29,835 nucleotides of DNA, taken from positions 1 through 29,835 of the IMG/VR virus record IMGVR_UViG_3300032218_001740; one strand, given 5' to 3'. The position numbers were made by a program, and so were the translations under genes. The notes under the pieces are model-generated. The model saw only the letters and a list, made by a program, of their open reading frames with translations. It made no database searches and was not told the DNA's origin. Of the stretch, positions 17,912 through 27,116 are shown piece by piece (positions within the stretch are counted from its first letter, which is position 1; each line of letters begins with the position of its first letter). This DNA is from a virus. Its lineage: Duplodnaviria > Caudoviricetes.

Positions 17912-18889
17912 ATGTCCTGGTTTAACTATTACACTACATCAGATTTAACAACATCTGTCAAGCCTCCAATTAGAAGATTGATAGTGTTTCCAACCCTTAG
18001 TGACAATTTAAAGACTAACGATTGGATTCATGCTCCATTAGACGAGTTAAACATAGGTCAAGTTTTTTCTTCATCAAACAATGCTATTCAGCAATCCTTC
18101 GATCAAGATTCATATTTAGTCACATACGAAACAACAACGTCGACAACTGCCACTTATTCTTATATCGATATTAATAACAATCTTTACTTCAGATCTTTAA
18201 CAGACGTAAACGCAGGCGCAAGACCAGACGGTGCATACTACATTTATTATCATAGCGATAACATTCAATACATTTCACTAGTTGGAAGCAACTATGTTAG
18301 AACAGTAAATCCATCTGGATTAAATTTTATGGGATCTCTAACCGGTTCTGGTTCAAATCTTGTTAACTACTATTCCCATTCTGTAGTAGCTGGATCTTCA
18401 AATATTCGAGTTTCTCAAATTACTTATTTGGGAGATCCAGGAATATGGACAAATGGCAAAACGCAAACTGCAGGAGCAAAAGTGCTAGGAAACTTTGATG
18501 GTCCAAAGTTAATTATCTATGGAGATAAAGGTCCAGACAAAGGCAAAATAAATATTAAAATTATTAAGACTTCTGCAACAACAAGTGGACAATCAGTAGT
18601 CTACAGCTCAAACGGCATAGATCTTTATAACACAAATGCTGTTGTTGATACTCCAATATTTACTATAGATTTAAAAACTCAAACTTCTGTTACTGGCCTC
18701 AATGCATACGATGATTACTATGGTTCTTTTTCTTACGAAATTGAGCTTCTTCCAGCTAAGAATCAAGCTTCTAGTGCAACAGGACTTTCAGTAACAAAAC
18801 ATACATATAGTAAAAATTATAAACTTTCTTTCAACAAAGAAGAGATAGATCCTTCAATATCTTTTATAAGCACCGGAGTAATACGATGA
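17912..18889 (+). CDS. Putative tail/baseplate protein, beta-rich with a carbohydrate-binding-like module
   Basis: Ser/Thr/Tyr-rich; FDGPKLIIYGDKGPDKGKINI resembles jelly-roll CBM-like domains. Confidence 0.6.
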   Translation: MSWFNYYTTSDLTTSVKPPIRRLIVFPTLSDNLKTNDWIHAPLDELNIGQVFSSSNNAIQQSFDQDSYLVTYETTTSTTATYSYIDINNNLYFRSLTDVNAGARPDGAYYIYYHSDNIQYISLVGSNYVRTVNPSGLNFMGSLTGSGSNLVNYYSHSVVAGSSNIRVSQITYLGDPGIWTNGKTQTAGAKVLGNFDGPKLIIYGDKGPDKGKINIKIIKTSATTSGQSVVYSSNGIDLYNTNAVVDTPIFTIDLKTQTSVTGLNAYDDYYGSFSYEIELLPAKNQASSATGLSVTKHTYSKNYKLSFNKEEIDPSISFISTGVIR

Positions 18890-20872
18890 CAATTATTAAA
18901 AAAACAATTACACGGACTTAAGCCAGACGCTAACTATCTATTTGCTCTTAAGCCTAAAAATACTGAGATAGTAGCTGTAGATGATTTGCCAGAAACTATA
19001 CGAGTAAAAACTCCAGCAGTTTCTTCAGTTCCATCAGCTATAACTGGTTTTGGAATTTCGGCAAACTTTGAAACAGTAATGTTTTATTTTGATCCAGTTA
19101 ACGATATTGACTTAGACTCATATGCATATCAATTGTATGACAACTCTGCAGGCACAGGAACTCCAGTGGCAAGCGGAAGAAATAAAGCTAACGTATTTAC
19201 AATCTCAGTAACTAACTCTACTGATTCTACTCCTAAAACATATTATGGAAGAGTTGCAGTAGTTAATACTGCTGGAACTCCTCCTGTATATACCGATCTG
19301 GTTTCTTCTGGTACAACTCCATTAATTGGGGAACAATATATTTCTAGCTTAACTGCAGCTAAGATTACTGCAGGAACAATAGGTGCTCATGAAATAACTT
19401 TAGGTGGAGCAACTTCTATTATTAAATCTTCTACGTACAACTTTGCAAGTGAATCAACCACTTCTGGTTGGTATATAAGTGGGGATGGCCATTTTAGTTT
19501 GGGTGGAGCAAATGGAATAACTTACGATAATGAAACAATTATAATTGGCGAAGACGTTCTTGTAAACGCATCTTTTGCGGCAAGCAGCATATCTGTTCCA
19601 GCTGGCGGGCTTGTAAAATTAAATATTAATGGCACTATAAATGGTGGGGTAGGTGGAATGACTGTGGGTGACCCAACCTATAACTACTGGTACGCAAACG
19701 GTTTATTTAGCGTTGGATCAGCTAGTAAGTATTTTAAATGGGATGGCACAAATATCACCACTACTGGTCAGATAATAACTAATGCTACGCAAACCGGTGG
19801 AACAATAGCTGGAATAAACGCAGGTACAAACAAACTGTACATAGGAGCAGGAAATCATGCTAATGCAGATACTGGCTTCTATGTTGATAGTTCTGGAAAT
19901 TTTTCATTAAAGAACAAACTGTACTGGACAGCTGCTACTAATTCTTTAGTAATTGATGGTTCAGTTACTATAGGCTCACAAAGTGCAACTGCAATAAGTG
20001 ACGCAGTAACAACCGCTAATAATGCAGCTACAGCTGCTAGTAACGCACAAGCAACAGCAAATGGCGCTACTACATCTGCCAGCCTTGCACAAGCAACAGC
20101 AAATGGTAAAATAAGTGCAGGAGATGTAAGTAATCATATTGGTGGGACAAATGTTACAACCATATCTGGCGGAAGAGTTACGACTGGAGCCATATCAAGC
20201 GTAGATGGAACTTGTCAGATAAATCTAGATAATGGTTCAGTTAATTTTAGAAATAAATTTATTTTAGATTCAGCTGGAAATGCTTATTTTGCGGGAAACC
20301 TTAGTGGAGCTTCAGGCTCGCTTAGTGCAGGTTGCTCAATAGGTGGGAGTTTAACTATTGGTGATAACGTTAGAATTAATGACGCAACTGGCGACGGTGG
20401 CGCAACTACTTTTAAGGTTAGAGGAAATGATAACAGCACAACGGGTTGGGCTTCAAGATTCCAAAAACTTAATGGAACATATCTTATGGAAATAAGAAAT
20501 GACGGAAGAGTTAACATTCCAGGCTCGTTACTAGTTAACGGAAATGCCGTTACTTCTGACATAAAATTAAAAAGAAATATAAAAAAATCAATTCTTGGTT
20601 TAAATTTTATTAAACAATTAAATCCAGTTTCTTATAACATGATGGACGCAGAAGGTGATTTTGGCAAAGAACAAAAATATGGTTTAATAGCTCAAGAGGT
20701 AAAATCCTTGGTAGACAATTTAGACGTAAGCTTTGCAGGATGGGTCGAGTACGAAAACGAAGACAAAACAACCACGCAAGCTCTTGACTATAATCAATTT
20801 TTATCTCCAATAATAAAAGCTATACAAGAACTTTCTGCAAAAGTTGATCAATTAGAATCTCGTCTGATATAA
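18886..20872 (+). CDS. Tail fibre/spike (~661 aa) with N-terminal FnIII-like domain and C-terminal intramolecular chaperone (peptidase S74); +1 frameshift at CGG 18913-18915
   Basis: ATG 18886 overlaps the previous TGA (ATGA). MTIIKKTIT-CGG-ACT-TAA; skipping the C restores FnIII-like TITGLKPDANY. C-terminal TSDIKLKRNI, GLIAQEV, LDYNQFLSPIIKAIQEL. Confidence 0.85.
20045..20106 (+). repeat. 20-bp intragenic direct repeat (AQATANG x2)
   Basis: GCACAAGCAACAGCAAATGG at 20045-20064 and 20087-20106; 14-aa period. Confidence 0.85.
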
Positions 20873-20880
20873 TCTTATAC

Positions 20881-21066
20881 ATGAATGAATCAAATTTAGA
20901 CATCAACCTTATAGTTCAATCTTTCCAAGAAAGAATTGGATTATTGATAACAGAAGTAGTAGTTAAAGAAGCTACGATTAAGCAGCTCACAATGCAACTT
21001 CAGCAAAAACAAGAACAATCAGATGGGTTTGATATGCCCGCAGAAACTACAAAGAGAGTAAAGTAA
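20881..21066 (+). CDS. Small coiled-coil protein (61 aa)
   Basis: Heptad-like sequence; coupled to the next gene by TAATG. Confidence 0.7.
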   Translation: MNESNLDINLIVQSFQERIGLLITEVVVKEATIKQLTMQLQQKQEQSDGFDMPAETTKRVK

Positions 21067-21278
21067 TGACAAAAAAATCAGTATTACCAGAAGAACTGGC
21101 AGAACAAGTAGAAGAAGCTCTTGTAGCTGAAAAAGAAATGAATATCACCATTAAGATTACTAATTCTAATCTTTCTTACAAGAGTGATTTTACAGAGCCA
21201 GAGACAGTTTTTTGGCTTGAAGCTATTAAAGATATTATTATCAAGAAGACATTTCAAGAGTCCGAAAGACAAAGCTGA
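21066..21278 (+). CDS. Hypothetical protein (70 aa)
   Basis: ORF track; TAATG coupling. Confidence 0.7.
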   Translation: MTKKSVLPEELAEQVEEALVAEKEMNITIKITNSNLSYKSDFTEPETVFWLEAIKDIIIKKTFQESERQS

Positions 21279-21340
21279 ATTTAAAGAATAATAAACTGTA
21301 CTATACAGTATTATCTTTAGAATTTGGAGCTAATTAGCTT

Positions 21341-23014
21341 ATGGCACTACGTCAATATTTACCTTTCCAGAAATCTGAGCTGTCTGAGTTTGATTTTGAA
21401 TCAGCTCAGTTAGCTCCAGATAAGATTGGATCACTCAGCAAGGCAATGAGAGTTGCAGCTTTTGCTTTGGGCTATCGTGGCGTAAACTATTATTATACTG
21501 GAAGAACCAACTTTGAACCTTCTCCATATAACTTTGATAGAATAATACAGGCGATAGACACTGACTCATACGTCAAGCAGGCAATGGCTAAATACCAAGA
21601 CTTGTTTTGGAAAGAAGGTTGGCAGATTGTTGGAGAGAATCCAGAAGCTGTAGCCTATTTGTATCAGAGAATAGACTACATGGAAATGGCTATGAGAAGA
21701 CCATTTTTGGATTTTCTTATTGATTTATCTGATCAATTATTTAAATTTTCAAATGTGTTTATTGTTAAAGCTAGAGCTGATTTAGCAGAATATTTCCCTA
21801 AGGCATTAGAGCCAATAGGTGCTGCACAGCCAGTCGTTGGATACTATCTGATACCAACTGAGCAAGCAAGAATTCTAAGAGACAAGCACAACAAGCCAAA
21901 AGCGTATTTGCAGAGAACAAATCCAATGACGTATGCGCCTACGGATAGAGATCCTAAGTGGCCAGCTGAAAGTGTTATACACTTATTCTTTGACAGAAAA
22001 CCGGGAAGAATATTTGGTACTCCATTCTTAGCAAACGTTTTAGATGACGTTGTTGCATTGCGACAGATTGAAGAAGACATTCAGAACCTAGTGCATAGAG
22101 AACTGTTCCCACTTTATAAATACAGAATTGGAACAGCAGATCAACCAGCTGAGCCAGAAGAAATAGATCAAGCAGCAATAGAGATTGAAAACCTTAGAGC
22201 TGAAGGTGGTTTAATCCTTCCATTCAGACATGACGTTGAAGTTATAGGTTCACAAAATGCAGCGCTTGATGCATCTAATTACTTAAATCACTTTAAGGAA
22301 AGAGTTGCGGTAGGACTTGGAGTTGCACCACATCACCTTGGGATGAGCATGGGTGGTGGAAACAGATCTGCTTCAGAAAGATTAGATACAGCACTGTATG
22401 ATAAAATTAAGCATTTTCAAAAACAATTTGCTGAGATGGTAAGACTTAACGTTTTTAATGAATTATTATTTGAGGGTGGATTTGATCCGCTAGTTAATCC
22501 AAATGAATCTTCTGTATCAGACAGATGTTATTTTAAGTTTAACGAAATAGATGTTGATACTCAAGTTAAGAAAGAAACACATATAATACAAAAGTATGTA
22601 AACTCTCTTATCACTTTAGAAGAAGCAAGAATGAAGATTGGCGAAGATCCACAAGTTGATAAAGAAGATTTGTTTATGTCCGCACAAGGTCAAGTTCAGA
22701 TTGACGTTGGTGCCGCACAAGCAGATACTCAAGCAAAACTTCAGACTAGTAAAGATGTTGTTAAGGATGGAGATAAACAAGCTTCAGCACCAAAGGGACA
22801 AAGAAATATGCCTTCGAATAGAAAAGGTGCAGGTAATGTAATGAGACCACAAAATCAACAGGGTCGCTTAACTTCACCTAATATTAAGAGATCAGATTCT
22901 ACCTGGATTGGGATGGTTGAAAATCTTCTCGAAGAGCAGTATAATGTAGTGATAGTAGAAGATCAAGAAGATCAACAACAAGAAAATGTAAATGAGGAAA
23001 AAAATGTCAATTAA
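21341..23014 (+). CDS. Portal protein
   Basis: 557 aa; VIHLFFDRKPGRIFGTP (portal IH...yG.p pattern); VAVGLGVAPHHLG (GVP..LG pattern); position upstream of protease and capsid genes. Confidence 0.88.
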   Translation: MALRQYLPFQKSELSEFDFESAQLAPDKIGSLSKAMRVAAFALGYRGVNYYYTGRTNFEPSPYNFDRIIQAIDTDSYVKQAMAKYQDLFWKEGWQIVGENPEAVAYLYQRIDYMEMAMRRPFLDFLIDLSDQLFKFSNVFIVKARADLAEYFPKALEPIGAAQPVVGYYLIPTEQARILRDKHNKPKAYLQRTNPMTYAPTDRDPKWPAESVIHLFFDRKPGRIFGTPFLANVLDDVVALRQIEEDIQNLVHRELFPLYKYRIGTADQPAEPEEIDQAAIEIENLRAEGGLILPFRHDVEVIGSQNAALDASNYLNHFKERVAVGLGVAPHHLGMSMGGGNRSASERLDTALYDKIKHFQKQFAEMVRLNVFNELLFEGGFDPLVNPNESSVSDRCYFKFNEIDVDTQVKKETHIIQKYVNSLITLEEARMKIGEDPQVDKEDLFMSAQGQVQIDVGAAQADTQAKLQTSKDVVKDGDKQASAPKGQRNMPSNRKGAGNVMRPQNQQGRLTSPNIKRSDSTWIGMVENLLEEQYNVVIVEDQEDQQQENVNEEKNVN

Positions 23015-23333
23015 AATAGTTTCAGATATATCAAAACAATATCTATTAAAAGAAGATGCTGTTGAAGGATTTAAGATAGCAGTAGAGAATGGCCAAACAC
23101 GTTTGGCCCTTCAGGTATTGGTTGATATAATTGATGGCATGATGGATATATTTAATTATGCTATGGAAGAAGTTTCAGAAGATGATATTGTTGTGGAAGT
23201 TCCAGTAGCTATATCATCTCCTGTGCAAGAACCTATTAACGTTGTTGAAGCTGTTGAAATCATTGAAGAAAAAAAAGTATCTCCAAAAAAAGCAGCTGAA
23301 GTAAAAGAAGACACTAAACAAACAGCAGAATAA
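23004..23333 (+). CDS. Hypothetical acidic protein
   Basis: GAGG RBS before ATG 23004; E/K-rich low-complexity tail. Confidence 0.7.
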   Translation: MSIKIVSDISKQYLLKEDAVEGFKIAVENGQTRLALQVLVDIIDGMMDIFNYAMEEVSEDDIVVEVPVAISSPVQEPINVVEAVEIIEEKKVSPKKAAEVKEDTKQTAE

Positions 23334-24094
23334 TGAAACTTATAATAGGATGTCCAATTTATAAAAGAGATTGGATCTTACCAATTTGGTTTGCAGCACT
23401 GGAAAGACAATCTATTCCTTTGAGTAAAATTGGTTTTATTTTTGAAACTTCACCAGACGATAAAGCAACTGTAGCAATGCTAAAGCTATGGAGACAGTAT
23501 CATCTTGAAATTCCTTTATTTGAAATAAGGGAACGAAACGATATACCTCACTACAATCACGAAGATAACTCAAGACAGTGGACTATTTCAAAATACGAAA
23601 ATATGGTGAATCTTAGAAACTCTCTTCTTTCAAGAGTAAGAGAACTTCAGCCTGATTATTATTTTAGTCTTGATTCTGATATAATATTAAAGAACCCAAA
23701 TACATTAGAGTTACTAATGGCACATGTTGCTGATGGAGCAGATGCTGTTAGTCCATTGATGTTCATGACTCCTTTTGACACAAAATATCCAAGTGTTATG
23801 AATTGGATTGATGAAAAAGAGTTTAGGGGCTATAGAAAAAATGATTATCCCTTGGGAACTTACTTTAAGTCTGATATAATAATGGCAGCTAAAATGATGT
23901 CTAAACAGATTTATAATAATATTGACTACGAGATACACTCTCAAGGAGAAGACCTTGGTTGGTCAAAGAACGCAGCTTTAAAGGGTTATTCCTTATATTG
24001 TGCAAGTTATATATATGCTGCTCACATAATGCACGAGAATCTATTGTCACAATTTCAACAAATGGGTGACGACAGAGAACTTATTACAATTTGA
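23333..24094 (+). CDS. GT-A fold (GT2-like) glycosyltransferase
   Basis: MKLIIGCPIY start, LRN, DYYFSLDSDIIL (DxD), GEDLGW. Confidence 0.85.
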   Translation: MKLIIGCPIYKRDWILPIWFAALERQSIPLSKIGFIFETSPDDKATVAMLKLWRQYHLEIPLFEIRERNDIPHYNHEDNSRQWTISKYENMVNLRNSLLSRVRELQPDYYFSLDSDIILKNPNTLELLMAHVADGADAVSPLMFMTPFDTKYPSVMNWIDEKEFRGYRKNDYPLGTYFKSDIIMAAKMMSKQIYNNIDYEIHSQGEDLGWSKNAALKGYSLYCASYIYAAHIMHENLLSQFQQMGDDRELITI

Positions 24095-24198
24095 AAACTA
24101 TATAAAAATATGATATCTTTATATAAAATTGTTTAATGTTATAAAAGTAAATTACTATATATTTCAGGCAATTGAATTATGCGTATATGGAGAACCGA

Positions 24199-26293
24199 AT
24201 GAGTTTTGATTTTGTAGAAAATTTCACAGTTAAACTTCCAGATTTCTCAAAAATGGATTTTTCATTTAAAGAATCATCTGATTCTAATCAAGGCTTAATC
24301 ATTGAGGTTGCAGCCATCCATGAAGGTCTAACACGGAAACTATAATAACTATTCTGCAGAAGCTTTAGATAAAGCTTTGCAGTCTTGGGTAGAGCCTTAC
24401 CCTAAGCCAATCATTCTTAATCACGATCTTAACTCTGAACCTATAGGTAGAGTAATGGCAGCAAGAATGGACAAAGAAGAAGATGGTTCATCTTTTGTTC
24501 GTCTGCAAATTGCTATCACAGATCCAGTAGCTGTCCAAAAAGTTATGGACAAAAGGTACCTGACAGGATCTGTTGGAGGAAGAGCTGGAAAAGCTGTTTG
24601 TTCAATCAGTGGTGACGATCTTGCTAATCTTGACGAAAGCGGAAAGCCAAAAATCGCTCGTTTCAAGAGGGGTCAAGTATACAAGGGCAAACTTGCTTTT
24701 ATTGATATGCAAGATATATCCTTTAAAGAATATTCTTTTGTAAATCAGCCAGCTGACTCTAAGTCAAGCGTCAGAGCAGTTGCTACACCGGGCTCAAATG
24801 CTATATCAACATCTGATTCAGAGTGGGTAGCAAGAAGTTCAGCTTTTGTTCTAAGTATGGACAAGGAAGACATCTTCTCTGTAGAAGCAAATGAATCGCT
24901 TTTTGCTAATCTCAAAAGTAAAGAATCAAGACCACTTTACTTGCATCTAAAAGGTGCATTTCTTTCCGCTATGGCTATACAGGAAAGCGAAAATTACATT
25001 AACACTAATGATCCATTACTATCTGATGAGAATGATAATAAAGATGTCCATGAGGAGAATCTCACTATGAATGAAAACGTCAAGGATAATGACATTTTGG
25101 CTACTGTAGAAGAATTAAGCCAAGATCTTTCAGCACTTTCTAATACAATTGTTGAAGAGTCACAAGATCCAGAAACTGCAGAAGCTCCTGAAGAAGAAGC
25201 TGAAGAAGTAGAAGAGTCAGAAAAAGTTATACAAGAAGCAGATATGACTGCTCCAGTAACCGATAATACTGCTGCTGCACCAGCTAACTCAAACGATGTT
25301 GCAGTGGCACTTCAAAAAGTATTAGATCATACTATCGTATTTTATTATGCAGCCCATAGAGCACATTGGAATGTCGAGGGTGAAGATTTTACTGAGTATC
25401 ATGAATTGTTTTCAAACATTTATGAAGACGCAATTGATTCAGTCGACGGCATTGCTGAAAATATGAGAAGACTTCAAGCGTTCCCCAAGACTCTTACAGA
25501 GTCAGTAATGAATGCATCGTTTAAAGACGACATGACCACTTCTGATTCAGAAGAATTGGCTGGAGGTCTTTTGGACAAAATCTTAATTCTTAATGGAGCA
25601 ATTTTAGCCGCTTTTGGCGTAGCGACTTCTGCTAATGAGCAAGGCATTGCAAACTTCCTTGCTGAGCGTGATGACCTTACCAAAAAGTGGGCATGGCAAT
25701 TAAGATCGTCTCTCAAGATGGATGCGCAAGATGCAGCAGAGTCAGCATGGAGAGAAGAAAACAAGTCTACGGAAATTGTGGAAAAAGCAGAAGTACCTAC
25801 TGAAGAAGTGGTTGATTCTACCAACGCTGCAATTGAAGAAGAAATTCAAGCAATTCAAGAGTCCAATACAAACCTCACTGACGAAAAAGTAGTCTCTGAG
25901 CAAGATGTTGACGACGCTACAAAAAAACTTCAAGAGCTTGAAGAAGAAAACAAAAAACTCAAGAGCGCAATGCATAGAACTCTCGTAGAGAGAGTTGTTG
26001 ATACAAAAATTGCAACTGGAATTGAGTCTCATGAACTTAGAGAAGAACTCATTGGAGAGCACCTAACACGTAGTGCTACTTCATTAGCTGATTCATTAAG
26101 AGATCTTGCAAAACTTCCAATGGCTAAATCAGCCAAAGGAACAATGCCAGAAATTAACTCTGAACTTACTGTTATTGAAGGTGAAGACAATGTCTACACT
26201 TTAGATAAGCAGGAAGATCTAGTTCAAGAAGATGAAATAAAAACTCCAGAGCAACTTTTTGTAGATGCTCTCATGGGTCGTCGTAAACTTTAA
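24199..26293 (+). CDS. Prohead protease-Dps-scaffold fusion (~697 aa) with a +1 frameshift at CGG 24334-24336
   Basis: GGAG RBS then ATG 24199 MSFDFVENF...IEVAAIHEGLT-CGG-AAA-CTA-TAA; the +1 frame continues GNYNNYSAEAL...PIILNHD...PIGRV...TGSVG...EYSFVNQPAD (prohead protease motifs). Internal Dps domain; acidic coiled-coil C-terminus. Confidence 0.88.
25295..25714 (+). other. dps: Dps/ferritin-like domain inside the protease-scaffold protein
   Basis: AHWNVEGEDFTEYHELFSNIYEDAIDSVDGIAENMRRL ... KKWAWQLRSSL. H, H+12, D+27, E+31 spacing equals E. coli Dps H51/H63/D78/E82. Confidence 0.9.
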
Positions 26294-26316
26294 TAATAAT
26301 ACAAGGAGAAAATTAA

Positions 26317-27072
26317 ATGAGTTTAGCAAAATTTCGTAAAGTTGGAACCAAGACCGGATCAGGTCGCTTCGTAGTTTCTGAGGGTATTGCACCAGCAGCC
26401 TACTTGCTTCCAAGCCAGGGTCTTCCAACATGGTACAAAGACAGTGAAGACGATCGTTTTGAGGTCGTCATTCCAAAGGGAACCATTTTGTCAGTAGTTG
26501 CTGATGCAAACGGTGATGCAATGGTAGTTCCTGCCAATGGTAGCGGTTCAGGCGTTACCTGGGGCGATACAATTTCGGGCTGGGATCCATTAGCAGGTGC
26601 AACACCTAACGTTACACGTTCAGGTGACACAGTAACTGTTGGAGCTCTTTCTAACCCAATCGGCGTTGCCCAATATGACCTCTACAGACCATTTGATAAA
26701 GGTACCTCACAAGGTGCTGGATTCATTACACACGGGTACGTAGAGTATCCAATGGTAACAGCAGTTAATGACGACGTAACAGTCGGTTCGCTCATCAGAG
26801 CTGACCACATGGGCCGTCCAGTTAACTTGACAACTACCTTGTGTGGTACAAATCCTTACCTTCAAGTTGGTAAGGTCATAGAGGTAGAAAAATTCGCAAC
26901 CAACTTTGATGATGGCTTGCTTTCCTACATGCAACTTCCTTCGGACCCAGGTGCTTTGAAGACCGTATTTGAACTTACTCGTTCAGGTACCTATTCTGGC
27001 AAGCTTGGTATCCGTAGTAATTTGGATGTTACCAACGTAATTGGCGCATTCCGCGTTAATCTCACACTTTAA
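26317..27072 (+). CDS. Capsid-associated (decoration/cement-like) protein
   Basis: AAGGAG RBS; located between scaffold and MCP; beta-rich, with VVIPKG and PIGVA motifs. Confidence 0.65.
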   Translation: MSLAKFRKVGTKTGSGRFVVSEGIAPAAYLLPSQGLPTWYKDSEDDRFEVVIPKGTILSVVADANGDAMVVPANGSGSGVTWGDTISGWDPLAGATPNVTRSGDTVTVGALSNPIGVAQYDLYRPFDKGTSQGAGFITHGYVEYPMVTAVNDDVTVGSLIRADHMGRPVNLTTTLCGTNPYLQVGKVIEVEKFATNFDDGLLSYMQLPSDPGALKTVFELTRSGTYSGKLGIRSNLDVTNVIGAFRVNLTL

Positions 27073-27116
27073 TAAAATAAAAAAAGAAAAACACTAACAG
27101 GAGGAATAATCCTAAG

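Noticed and set aside
18898-18904. A7 homopolymer as the cause of the tail-fibre frameshift
   Set aside because: Possible, but it gives QLHGLKP instead of the FnIII-like TITGLKP and does not explain the other three sites.
5185-26293. Decayed prophage or pseudogenes as the explanation for the split genes
   Set aside because: No in-frame stops, deletions or -1 shifts seen; all four breaks are +1 with the same local signal.
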